DNA from: an uncultured delta proteobacterium
GTDB taxonomy: Bacteria > Desulfobacterota > Desulfobacteria > Desulfobacterales > B30-G6
Length of the DNA stretch: 64,000 nt
Direction of reading: 5' to 3'
Assembly (NCBI GenBank): GCA_963848165.1
Contig: CAWKCS010000020.1
Span: 41,180 to 105,179 of the forward strand
Shown here: piece after piece, positions 53,101 to 61,574 of the stretch
How positions within the stretch are numbered: the first letter of the stretch is position 1
Layout: each line of letters opens with the position of its first letter
Notes under the pieces: model-generated
Databases searched by the model: none
What the model was told of the DNA's origin: nothing
Seen by the model: only the letters and a program-made list of their open reading frames with translations
Position numbers and translations under genes: made by a program

Positions 53101-53597
53101 TTGCAGGATGCAAGATCAATGATATAAGGGTTAGGGATCGTGTGGGGAACGGGCAGGTAGATTGCCTTGCGTGTTGTCAAGCCTTCATTGAACGTGTCGG
53201 GGATTTCCACCGGGCAAACCGCTTCACAGACGCCGCAGCCAACACATCGTTCGGGATCGACCCAGGTGGGCTTTTTACGCACGGATACCGAAAATTTGCC
53301 TGGTTCGCCGTCTATGGCCATGACTTCTGTGTTGAGAAGAATATCGATATTTTCGTGAAAAAGGCCCTTGCGTAGGCAGAACTGAGATGATTGGTCGCGT
53401 TTGACGAGGGGCAGCATCTTGCACATGCCGCAATGATTTGAGGGAAACTGATCGTCTAACTGGCTGAGAATTCCGCCCATATGCGGCTCACGATCGATGA
53501 GGGTAACACCGTAACCGGTTTCGGCCAGATCGAGTGCCGAGCGGATACCGCTGATGCCGGCGCCTACTACCAGCGCTTTACCCATTTTTTTACCCAT
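50115..53597 (-). CDS. tandem HdrA-like flavo-Fe-S protein with a complete receiver (REC) domain inserted in the first HdrA unit
   Basis: 1160 aa. ALVVGAGISGIRSALDL...FPSNHCGMCK...CVGCGVCEAVCPV...RKAIYLPVP...CNHCGECEKICPTQAIE. Then the REC segment: FRVLVVDDELIVRD...LMLTDIKMPGMDG...MMTAFATVETAVEAMKIGAQDYLMKPF. Then LEVGAIVFSGG...WIQCVGSRD...CCMVAIKEA. Then a second unit: LVAVCNCG...[15 protein letters not shown]...IQCVDSRQ...CSLCERCIDTCP...CQGCGDCATACP. Confidence 0.85.
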   Translation of the reverse strand: MGKKMGKALVVGAGISGIRSALDLAETGYGVTLIDREPHMGGILSQLDDQFPSNHCGMCKMLPLVKRDQSSQFCLRKGLFHENIDILLNTEVMAIDGEPGKFSVSVRKKPTWVDPERCVGCGVCEAVCPVEIPDTFNEGLTTRKAIYLPVPHTIPNPYIIDLASCNHCGECEKICPTQAIELSLEKRKEFRVLVVDDELIVRDSLKEWLDEEGFFVDVAESGSVALEKLSKASFNLMLTDIKMPGMDGVDLLKKAKENFPDLCVLMMTAFATVETAVEAMKIGAQDYLMKPFDPERMIAKIVQIYEEIEVGDIQHLEVGAIVFSGGTAYFDPAESKNVYGYGTTPGVITSLELERMLSGTGPTQGRLVSPHDGKKIEKIAWIQCVGSRDVQFNADYCSSVCCMVAIKEAMLVKKKNPSPVETTIFYMDMRTFGKTFQRYRDSAEQEHGVRFERARIHSITADAVTGEPLIRYAQTDGRLHNETFDLVVLAVGQRPARGIEELSKLIEAPLNPWGFIQTEPLSPVTTDRLGVLAGGSFSGLKDISESVMYASAASLEASRIIHAAGGGLSDESFSEPANQDVSREAPKMLVAVCNCGNKYSEHLDVDALTHQLQQDPCVDKVVFLRQCCTATGWEELTGIIEASKPNRILLGACHPYLYIRKLRELSRRVHLDAEMMDVVDIMSPIFAYNKNQTNQLSAISHQLSALKMGISRLKNMDPLPTTSLPVTRRALVVGGGIAGIHAALAIADHGYPVDLVEQSDRLGGNLLWLQQTIEGLSLEPYLHQIAQAAEKHPLLHIHLQTKITAAFGEVGDFYTTIESGDGTIETIQHGTAILATGGNEATTRAYGYGTSQAVMTQKELESGLVQGDVDPQKLDSVVMIQCVDSRQEPRNYCSRVCCPTSLKHALKLKKANPQLAVYILYRDMMTIGFTESYFTAARKAGVIFIQYDLDNTPRVTVPTEANTPLLITVTDPILNRPLEIEADLLVLATGIVPQLPATLAEAFAVEADQDGFFLEAESKWRPVDALKEGVFGCGIALSPRSIPDTIATAGAAAQRALRILAHEKLSAGKIVASVRHSLCSLCERCIDTCPYHARRLDPDMGKIVVNPAMCQGCGDCATACPNSASVIQGFADHQVLDMIDAAIESTWQPGSSVYPVEPKQ
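51481..51513. repeat. AGCT-type short-unit repeat inside the HdrA-REC coding region
   Basis: AAAGCTGATAGCTGATGGCTGATAGCAGATAAC encodes the linker ...QLSAISHQLSALK... between the two HdrA units. It has the same flavour as the intergenic AGCT palindromes. Confidence 0.6.
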
Positions 53598-53633
53598 GAT
53601 AGACCTCCTGGGAATTTGACGTTCGTCAAATTC

Positions 53634-53699
53634 GGCTCTTAGCTCTTGGCTGTTAGCATTTAGCGGCTACGAGCTACGAGCAAAGAGCTAACAGCTAAT
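53634..53699. repeat. AGCT-type palindromic spacer between the Fe-S subunit gene and the HdrA-REC gene
   Basis: GGCTCTTAGCTCTTGGCTGTTAGC...GCTACGAGCTACGAGCAAAGAGCTAACAGC. It is preceded by the tight palindrome GAATTTGACG-tt-CGTCAAATTC (53611-53632). Confidence 0.75.
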
Positions 53700-54840
53700 T
53701 GTTCAGTCCAACAATTTCAGTAAATTCATCTTCCTTGAATTCAGACAGGGGCGGTTTTTCTTCCAGACTTCTGCCGGCCTCGTAGTCGAATGCCTGCTGG
53801 GTTTTGTGTGCGATCGTGCGAAACAACGGCATGATCGCTATGTCGTTGGGGCAGGCATTGGTGCATTGTCCACATCCGACGCAGGCAGTGCTCATGTGTG
53901 CCAGGCGGGTGATGTGGTACAGCAACGTGTCCGTCGGCATTTTTACAGCCCCTTTTTTTCTGGCCCATTGCAGGTACTGAATGGGTTCGTGGTCGAAAAC
54001 ATCGGTCACGAAAACACACTCTCTGCAATAACAGACAGGGCATGCAACCCGACAATTGTAGCAGTTCACACAACCGGCCAGATAATCATTCAGTTTCTCA
54101 AGGCTGCCGATCTTGTCTCCGACGTCAGCGAACATATTGTCTCGAAATGTGGTCCTTTCCGAAATCAAGCGGTCGATTTCTTTCCTGCGCGATGCAGGTT
54201 CTTCTGCCGTTGCGAGATCGAGGTCTTCCAGGAGACGGCCTCCCTTGTCCGTGAGTGACTGGACCAGGATTTGCCGACCGATATCCACACCGAAAAAACC
54301 GATGCTGATGTCGGCACCTTCGGCTACGGGGAGTTCACAGGACCGACATGCCTGTGTCAGTTCAATGCCATCCATGTCGGCGCTCTTTCCGGAAAGCACC
54401 TGGGCGGCAAATGTATTCGTGGCCTCGTCCCCGTTTTCTCCTGACCAGTTCAGATAATCCCTGTTTCCTAATGCTCCCGGGCAGTCAATGCCGATGAGTA
54501 TCAACTCGTCCGTGCGCGCTTGCTTGAGTTTGACCAGTTCCACAAAGGCTCTGATTTCGCATGGTCGCATCACGGCTGCTATGTTTCCCCCCGAGGGTTT
54601 GCGTGTGAGCCTCGATACGATTTTGGCACTGTTCATTGGAAATGCCGGGGACAGGGGGTCCACACCGTTCAATTGGTCCGGATCCGTCAACAGGGTCGGC
54701 ATGACCATCTTTTTCGTTGGAACCCTCCAGGGAGCCAGGATGGCGCTGATGTCCTCCTTTTCCAGGATATTTTCGAACAGCACCCTGAGCGCACCAAGCA
54801 AATCCTGATCTTTAACGTCTATTTTGGCCGTTTTTATCAT
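53695..54840 (-). CDS. Fe-S subunit (FrhB-like N-domain plus CX2CX2CX3CPxCYC dicluster), paralog of 31550-32498
   Basis: 381 aa with MRPCEIRAFVELVKL...LIGIDCPG, CVNCYNCRVACPVCYCRECVF and CVGCGQCTNACPNDI. Confidence 0.6.
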   Translation of the reverse strand: MIKTAKIDVKDQDLLGALRVLFENILEKEDISAILAPWRVPTKKMVMPTLLTDPDQLNGVDPLSPAFPMNSAKIVSRLTRKPSGGNIAAVMRPCEIRAFVELVKLKQARTDELILIGIDCPGALGNRDYLNWSGENGDEATNTFAAQVLSGKSADMDGIELTQACRSCELPVAEGADISIGFFGVDIGRQILVQSLTDKGGRLLEDLDLATAEEPASRRKEIDRLISERTTFRDNMFADVGDKIGSLEKLNDYLAGCVNCYNCRVACPVCYCRECVFVTDVFDHEPIQYLQWARKKGAVKMPTDTLLYHITRLAHMSTACVGCGQCTNACPNDIAIMPLFRTIAHKTQQAFDYEAGRSLEEKPPLSEFKEDEFTEIVGLNN

Positions 54841-54865
54841 TCATACCTCCTGGGACAACCTGGCG

Positions 54866-54975
54866 GTTGTCGGTTCTTAGCCTTGGCTTAGCTCTTGGCT
54901 CTTAGCCGGCTAACAGCTAAGAGCCAAGAGCTAAGACTTACCCTCGACCCTTCAACCCCTCCAACCCTTCCTCAC
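54866..54975. repeat. composite spacer: AGCT palindrome with a perfect 20-bp stem plus a C-rich CCCTCRAACCC tail
   Basis: CTTAGCTCTTGGCTCTTAGC (54887-54906) is the exact reverse complement of GCTAAGAGCCAAGAGCTAAG (54916-54935). It is followed by CCCTCGACCCTTCAACCCCTCCAACCCTTCC. Confidence 0.9.
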
Positions 54976-55397
54976 CCCACCCTCTGCAACCTGGCCTGGC
55001 TGGGTCCCAGGGCCTTGATCTGGGCCACAAGCTCCTGAAGGGTTTCGGCCAGCAGAACACCATCGCTGGCCGCTATCCATGTGAGCCTCAGTCGTTCAGG
55101 CTCAAATCCGAAACTGGGCAGGATCTCTTTCAGCAGCTTGATGCGCCGGCGGGCTTTGAAATTTCCATTGATGTAATGGCAGTCGCCGGGATTGCAGCCG
55201 CTCACAAGAACCCCATCAGCACCTTCCAGCAGTGCTTTGATGACATACTTGGGGTCCACCATTCCACTGCACATCACCCGGATGATTTTTATGTTCGGCG
55301 GATACGAGAGGCGCGATGTGCCGGCCAGGTCTGCCGCCGTATAGGTGCACCAGTTGCAGAAGAAGGCCAGGATGGTGGGTTCAAAATTGTCGTTCAT
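54972..55397 (-). CDS. MvhD-type subunit (Cys version)
   Basis: 141 aa with ILAFFCNWCTYTAADLAG...IRVMCSGMV...VLVSGCNPGDCHYINGN. Confidence 0.85.
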   Translation of the reverse strand: MNDNFEPTILAFFCNWCTYTAADLAGTSRLSYPPNIKIIRVMCSGMVDPKYVIKALLEGADGVLVSGCNPGDCHYINGNFKARRRIKLLKEILPSFGFEPERLRLTWIAASDGVLLAETLQELVAQIKALGPSQARLQRVG

Positions 55398-55409
55398 AAC
55401 GGATCTCCT

Positions 55410-55757
55410 CTATTTGCGCTGCGCGCGTCATTTGGCCTTGCGGGCCGATATTACGCCTGCGGCTGTCATTTGCGCTTGCGCGATATTAGTGCTTTGCACG
55501 TCATTTGGCCTTCGGCCGACATTTGCGCTTCGCGCGTCATTAGCCCTGCGGGCGATATTACGCCTGCGGCTGTCATTTGCGCTTCGCGCGTTATTTGGCC
55601 TTCGGCCGACATTTACGCTTCGCGCGTCATTAATTGTTGTTTACGGCCGATAGCTTTCAGTTACAATAAATGACGCGAAGCAAATGACAATCAATGACAG
55701 CCGCAGGCGTAATGACGGCCGAAGGCCAAATGACAGCGAAGCGTAATGACCTTATGT
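55410..55757. repeat. array of ~13 contiguous 17-20-nt units (consensus GTCATTTGCGCTTCGCGC), then a 21-nt spacer, then ~5 units in inverted orientation
   Basis: The units read directly, e.g. GTCATTTGGCCTTCGGCC / GACATTTGCGCTTCGCGC / GTCATTAGCCCTGCGGGC / GATATTACGCCTGCGGCT. The unit at 55447 recurs identically at 55554 (~108-nt super-period). The right side reads ATGACGCGAAGCAAATGAC...GGCCGAAGGCCAAATGAC. Confidence 0.9.
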
Positions 55758-55810
55758 TTAAAGATGTTGACGCGTAATAATTCATGACCAATTCTCATGC
55801 AGAGCATTGT

Positions 55811-58800
55811 CTACCCCGCCAATAGTCCTTCAATTTCAGAAAAAATCTGCTTGTCCGTAAAATGTCGCACCTTGGCTGCGCCGCTGGGACAGTATCCGGC
55901 ACAACTGCCGCACCCTTTACAGATGGCTTCGTTGACCTCGCTGATGCCTTTGCGTTCGTTGAATTCGATAGCCGTATAGGGGCAGAGGCTGATACACACC
56001 TGGCATCCGATACAGATATCCGGGTCGATGGTGGAGATCATCGGTGACACCGCCACCTGGCCGGAAGCGCTGAGTGAAAGTGCTTCGGCGGCGGCCCCTT
56101 TGGCCTGGGCAACGGTATCCGGAATATCTTTGGGCCCCTGGCAGGTGCCGGCCAGGAAGACGCCGCTCGTGGCGGTGGAGACGGGTTCGAGCTTGGGGTG
56201 TTCTTCCTGGTAGAAACCATCACTTCCTGTGGAAATACCGAAGATTCTGGCCACATCGTTGACATCGGGACGTGGCTCCATGGCCGTACACAGAATCACC
56301 ATTTCCACGGGAATTTTCATTAAACTGTCGGAGAGGGTGTCTTCTGCGGTCACCCACAGCATGTCGTCGACTTCTTCTACACGGGAGGCTTTGCCGCGGA
56401 TCATGCGAACACCTTCGCTCTGGACACGCTTATAGAATTCTTCATACCCTTTGCCGAAGCAGCGCATGTCGATATAGAAATTGTAGATCTGAGTTTCGTG
56501 GCCACATTTGTCCTTGAGAAGATGGGCGTACTTCAAGGCATACATGCAGCATGTGCGGGAACAGTACTCATGATGGTTGATATCACGACTGCCGATACAA
56601 TGCAGGATAGCCACGCTTTTGGGTGGTTCGGTGAATTTGAGACGATCGTCAGGGTCGCGTTTCAGAAGCCGGCCGCTTGTGGGTCCGGTGGCATTCGACA
56701 GGCGTTCGAATTCCAGATTGGTGAAGACGTTGGCATACCGGCCGTAGCCGTATTGTGTCATGGGGGTCGGATCAAGGGGATCGAAGCCCGTGGCAACAAT
56801 GATGGAACCCACATCGATTTCCTGTATTGTTTCCGTCATGTCATGATTGATGGCCTTTGCCTCACAGGCATCCACGCACAGTTTACATTCACAGCACCCG
56901 CCGCAATCCAGGCATCTGAGAGGCTTCCGCTCTTGCCGCTTCCTCTGAAAAATTATGATCGACCTCATGGAAGCTCTTCACGCGCTGTTGTGGGTCCAGT
57001 TGGGTGGATACGACGCGGGGGGTTGCCTCGACATCTTCGGGGACGGGCTTCCAGTTGTTTCCCGGTATTGAGTCAACATCCGCTTGCTCAAGGATTTGAC
57101 GGCGGTCTTTTTCCCTGAGATAGCGATGGATGGCCGCCACAGCCTTGTGGCCGGCGGCAACAGCCTCGATGACCGTTGCCGGTCCGGTGACGGCATCACC
57201 GGCGCCGAATACATGCGGGAGACTGGTCTGCATTGTTGCGGGATTGACCTTGATGGTATTTCGCGTGGTCAATTCCAGACCGGGTTCTTTTGTGGCCCAG
57301 GACACATCGATTTTTTGTCCGATGGCAGGAATGACGGCATCGCATGGTACGACATATTCGGAGCCCTTTACCGGCACGGGACGTCGGCGCCCGCTGGCAT
57401 CCGGAGGTCCGAGTTCCGTCTGGATGCAGGTACATCCGGTTACATGCCCATCCTTGCTCTGTATGCCCACAGGTGCCGTGAGAAAGGAGAGTTCAATGCC
57501 TTCCTCCCGGGCCCCGTTGATTTCTTCCTTGTAGGCAGGCATTTCCCGTTCGGAACGTCTGTAGACCACCGTGACATGTTCGGCCCCGAGACGTTTGGCT
57601 ACCCGGGCTGCGTCTATGGCTACATTTCCGCCGCCGATGACGATGACCTGCTTTCCCGGTGCTTTTCGACTTCCCAGGTTGATTTCCCTCAAAAACCCGA
57701 CGGCATCGATGACCTCTGCAGCCTGGTCTTCCCCCTGGATCTGCATCTGGAGGGAGCCGTGTGCCCCGATTCCCAGAAAAACAGCTGAAAATCCTTTTGA
57801 CTCAAGATCCGACAGGGACAGGTCCCGGCCGAAGCGTACATTCGTTTCAACGTCGATCCCGTGCTGAAGGAGATGTTGGATCTCATTGTCCAACAGCTTT
57901 GCCGGCAATCGATAATCGGGGATGCCCACACGGAGCATCCCTCCCAGTTGGTCGAGTGCTTCGAACAAAGTGATGCGGTAGCCTTTGAGTCTCAGGTAAT
58001 AGGCCACGGTGAGGCCGGCGGGTCCGGAACCGATGACGGCGATTTTTTCCGGCCGATCTTCGATCTCCGGAAGGGGCAGGTCGGTGAAATCCACCTGGTC
58101 GGCGGCAAAGCGTTTCAACTCACGGATGGCGACCGGGGTGTCCACATCGACCCGACGACAGGCTTTTTCACATGGTGCCGGACAGACCCGGCCAAGGGTC
58201 CCGGGGAGGGGTATCTTCTCCATGATCAGTTTCACGGCCTCCCGGTATTGCCCGGTTTTGATGAGGGCGATATAGCCCTGGACGTTCGTTCCCGCAGGAC
58301 ATGTCTGAACACAGGGAGCCCGATCATATTTATCGATGCAGTAGGTGATGGGAACGGCCTGGGGAAATGGCCGGTAAATTGCTCTTCTCATCTTGGTGCC
58401 CACATCCCATTCATTGGGGAAAGCAACGGGACACACTTTTTCACACTCGCCGCACCCGGTGCATTTCGGTTCGATATAACGTGCTTTACGGTGGACCTTT
58501 ACTTTGAAGTTGCCGATGAAGCCACTGACATCCACGATCTCACTGTAAGACAAAAGCTCGATGTTGGGCTCCTGCCCCACAGAGACCATTTTTGGTGTTC
58601 CGATGCAGGCCGCACAGTCCAGGGTTGGAAAGGTTTTGTCATACTGGAGCATGTGACCACCGATGGTGGGTGCCCTTTCAACCAGGTATACCTTGAAACC
58701 GGCCTTGGCGATATCGAGAGATGCCTGCATACCGGCGATGCCGCCGCCTACCACGAGCGTGTTTGTGCAGACAGGGAATTTTGCCGGTGTTAAATCCTGC

Positions 58801-59192
58801 TGGTGAACAACCCGCATAATGCCTGCACCGACCAGGATTTTGGCTTTTTGCGTTGCTGCTTCCTCCTCCAGGGTGACCCAGGAAACATGCTCCCGAACAC
58901 TGACCATGTGGAAGGCCTTGTAGGGGTTGAGGCCGGCGCGCTGGCAGGCAGCCCGAAAGGTTTTTTCATGCATCCGGGGAGAGCAGGATGCCACGACCAC
59001 GCGCGTGAGATGGTGGGACCGAATATCATTTTCAATCAATTCCTGACCCGGGTCGGAACACATGAACAGATAATCTCGTGATACAGCTACATTCGGGAGG
59101 GTCGCAACATAAGCGGCAACCTCTTCCACCCGGACACGGTAAGCGATATTGATGCCGCAGTGGCAGATATAGAATCCGATGCGTTCAGGCAT
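55811..59192 (-). CDS. HdrA-like protein with a GltD/NfnB-like NAD(P)H-FAD module inserted (HdrL-type); apparent frameshift around 56915-56930
   Basis: ORF 56889-59210: MPERIGFYICHCGINIA...[14 protein letters not shown]...FPTLDCAACI...CTGCGECEKVCPV...RRAIYRPFPQAVP. Then CPAGTNVQGYI...IAVIGSGPAGL...VIVIGGGNVAIDAAR...GAGDAVTG. ORF 55811-56968 carries the rest of HdrA: RCLDCGGCCECKLCVDAC...VGSIIVATGFDPLDP...LHCIGSRD...CCMYALKYA...CIGCQVCISLCP...CKGCGSCAGYCP. The two frames abut at ...EEAARAEA|. Confidence 0.8.
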
Positions 59193-61485
59193 GCAGGACC
59201 TCCTGGTCAAGTTTTAAATTGATATGAACAGGCATGGAGTGTTCGTATCTCGTTTCGATGGATTGGATCAGCAACTCGGCAATATCTTGAACGACGATTC
59301 GGTCTTGGAAACCAAGGGTCATGATGGCTTCCTGGAGCATCCGTGTGCAATAGGGACAGGCCGTGGCGATCACGCCGGCTCCGGTATCCAGGGCCTGTTC
59401 TATTCGCAGTTCAGCCAGTCGGCCATTGGAAGAAGGTTCACCGAATGCACCCCCACCTCCGCCCCCGCAGCAGAGGCTGTGATGACGGTTATCAGGCATC
59501 TCGACAAGGCTGAGGCCCGGGATGCTCCTCAAGATACGGCGCGGTGCGTCATAGACGCCGTTGTGGCGTCCCAGGTAACAGGGATCGTGAAAGGTGACAC
59601 GGTTTTTTACCTCGAATCTGGGGGTCAGATCTCCTTTCGAGACCAGTCGATCCAGGAGCACGGTGTAGTGTTCGATTTCCATGTTCGTCGGTGCGTCTGC
59701 ATAGGCTTTTCGAAATGTGTCAAAGCAATGGGGGGAGGTCGTGAGGACTCTTTCAACGCCCCGACGTTCAAAAAGCGACATATTTTCATTTGAGAGGGTC
59801 GAAAAAAGGTCCCCAGCCCCTAACCTGAAGGCGGGGTCTCCACAGCAGCGCTCTTTTGTACCGAGGGTGCCGAAGGAGACGCCTGCCTGGATCAGCAGTC
59901 TGAGCAGGGCCCGGCCGGCATGGCTGCATTTCTGGGATGGCGTGTCGTCATATGCCGTGGTGCAGCACGTGAACAGGCAGTAGGCGTGTTCCGGATTGAA
60001 ATCGGGTATATCGATATCCTCTGCCCAGCCGGATCGTTGTCCGGGGTTCCCTCCCCAGGGATTTCCTCTCTCTGCCAGGTACTCCAGCGGCATTTCGAGG
60101 CGTGCGGGGGCTGTTCCCTGTTTGTTCTGGATTTCCCGGATGGATCTTATCACGTCGATAATATCGATACCCCGGAGGCAGGCGTCCCCGCAGGCATTAC
60201 AGGTGACGCAGTCCCATGCGGCGTTATCAACGGTTTTTTCGGTACCGGTATTCAGACCGATGTGACGAAGAATCTGTCTGGGGCTGTAATCCGATACCCG
60301 GTTCCAGGGGCAGGCAGCGGTGCAGGTGCCGCACTGCACACAGATCATGAACATCTCTCCAATGAGCGCTTTGACGTCTTCGACGTTGACGGAAGAGTGT
60401 TTTACGGCTTTTTCCCGAACCGTTGTCAAAAACAGGGCCAGCGGACGGTAGAAGAGGTGCGACCACTTTCCAAAAGGGACCTCGATGACCAGCATGGGTA
60501 CGGCGATGGCCAGGTGGATGACGTACATGACATAGGTGCCCATGGGCCACCCGGCCAGGCGGACCAGGTGCATGATAATACCGGTCAAGGTCGTTAAAAA
60601 TAGCAGGATCAGAAAAAGCCAGTCGGAAAGTTCTGAAAAGCGGTGAATGGCTTCTTGTTTCCTGCGCCGGCTCTGGAACATTTCGATGGTAATGAACAGG
60701 ATGACGCCGGTGGCATAGTATCCGAAGAGACTCGAGAAATGCCAGCTGCTGTCATCCACCTGAAACCAGCGGATGAATACGATAATCAGCGTCATCATGG
60801 TCATGTAGCCGGATACCAGCAGAAAATGTTTCAACCAGCGGCTCTTGTCCTCACCGCATTCCCGCCAGCGCTTCTGGGTTGCAAAGTGGAGCACAAAGGC
60901 TTTTGCTTCGGTGAGATAAAGACGGAAGGGTACGGACGTGTCGTTCATGATGAATCGGAACATTCTGAATGCATTTGACAAGAGAAAGAGTGTCAACACA
61001 GCCGCCATGCTCAGATCGCCGATTTCGATCCACAGGACCGGCACAAAGGTGTTGACGGCAACGCGGTCGGTAATGATGGGGCCGTGAAAAAACCAGAAGA
61101 GGGCGATGATGCCGAATGCCACCACGCCCAGGGCACCCAGTTCCCATGCTTCGGAGATATAGAATTTTTTGGCGAGACCGGTCCAGTCGTACTGGGTGGT
61201 CAACCACCGGCGGGTTGCCATCATGGTTTCTGCGGGTTCGGCCCCCCGGGGACAATCTAAATTGCATTCACCACAATAGTAACAGAGCCATGGGACCGGT
61301 GATTTGAGCAGCTTGTCCCTTAAACCCAGCTGAAGATAGCGGTATATCTTTCGGGGAAACGTATCTGTACCGGTGGAGAGTGGGCACGATGCGCTGCAGG
61401 TGCCGCACTGCATGCAGATTTCCATGTCCCTGGCTCCGAATTTCGCTACTTCCTGGTAGAGTTCCGGGTCGACGCTGTTGTACAT
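59185..61485 (-). CDS. fusion of a QmoC/HdrC+E-like module (2x4Fe-4S plus membrane b-type domain) with an HdrD-like module (2x4Fe-4S plus two CCG domains)
   Basis: CMQCGTCSASCP...CYYCGECNLDCP, then ~6 TM helices. Then CVQCGTCTAACP...CVTCNACGDAC. Then CCTTAYD/CCGDPAF and PCYLGRH/CCGGGGG/CPYC. Start is placed at MYNSVDP (61485), which has the RBS AGAGAGG. Confidence 0.8.
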   Translation of the reverse strand: MYNSVDPELYQEVAKFGARDMEICMQCGTCSASCPLSTGTDTFPRKIYRYLQLGLRDKLLKSPVPWLCYYCGECNLDCPRGAEPAETMMATRRWLTTQYDWTGLAKKFYISEAWELGALGVVAFGIIALFWFFHGPIITDRVAVNTFVPVLWIEIGDLSMAAVLTLFLLSNAFRMFRFIMNDTSVPFRLYLTEAKAFVLHFATQKRWRECGEDKSRWLKHFLLVSGYMTMMTLIIVFIRWFQVDDSSWHFSSLFGYYATGVILFITIEMFQSRRRKQEAIHRFSELSDWLFLILLFLTTLTGIIMHLVRLAGWPMGTYVMYVIHLAIAVPMLVIEVPFGKWSHLFYRPLALFLTTVREKAVKHSSVNVEDVKALIGEMFMICVQCGTCTAACPWNRVSDYSPRQILRHIGLNTGTEKTVDNAAWDCVTCNACGDACLRGIDIIDVIRSIREIQNKQGTAPARLEMPLEYLAERGNPWGGNPGQRSGWAEDIDIPDFNPEHAYCLFTCCTTAYDDTPSQKCSHAGRALLRLLIQAGVSFGTLGTKERCCGDPAFRLGAGDLFSTLSNENMSLFERRGVERVLTTSPHCFDTFRKAYADAPTNMEIEHYTVLLDRLVSKGDLTPRFEVKNRVTFHDPCYLGRHNGVYDAPRRILRSIPGLSLVEMPDNRHHSLCCGGGGGGAFGEPSSNGRLAELRIEQALDTGAGVIATACPYCTRMLQEAIMTLGFQDRIVVQDIAELLIQSIETRYEHSMPVHINLKLDQEVLHA

Positions 61486-61574
61486 GATACGGCCTCTCTT
61501 ACGTTGTAACAACTCTGTGTGATTCTTCTCCTGGGAATGTTCCCGGGCCCTGTGCTATGGCCATGTATATAAAG

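Noticed and set aside
55176-55673. ORFs 55176-55673 and 55345-55653 with repetitive peptides (ICASRVI..., ALRASLALRA...)
   Set aside because: They are translation artefacts of the 18-nt (6-codon) tandem units. There is no start context, and they partly overlap the MvhD gene on the other strand.
55410-55757. Possible CRISPR array (regular short repeats)
   Set aside because: The units are only 17-20 nt and directly abut one another with no unique spacers. They are degenerate, and the right part of the array is the inverted complement of the left. No cas genes are present in the window.
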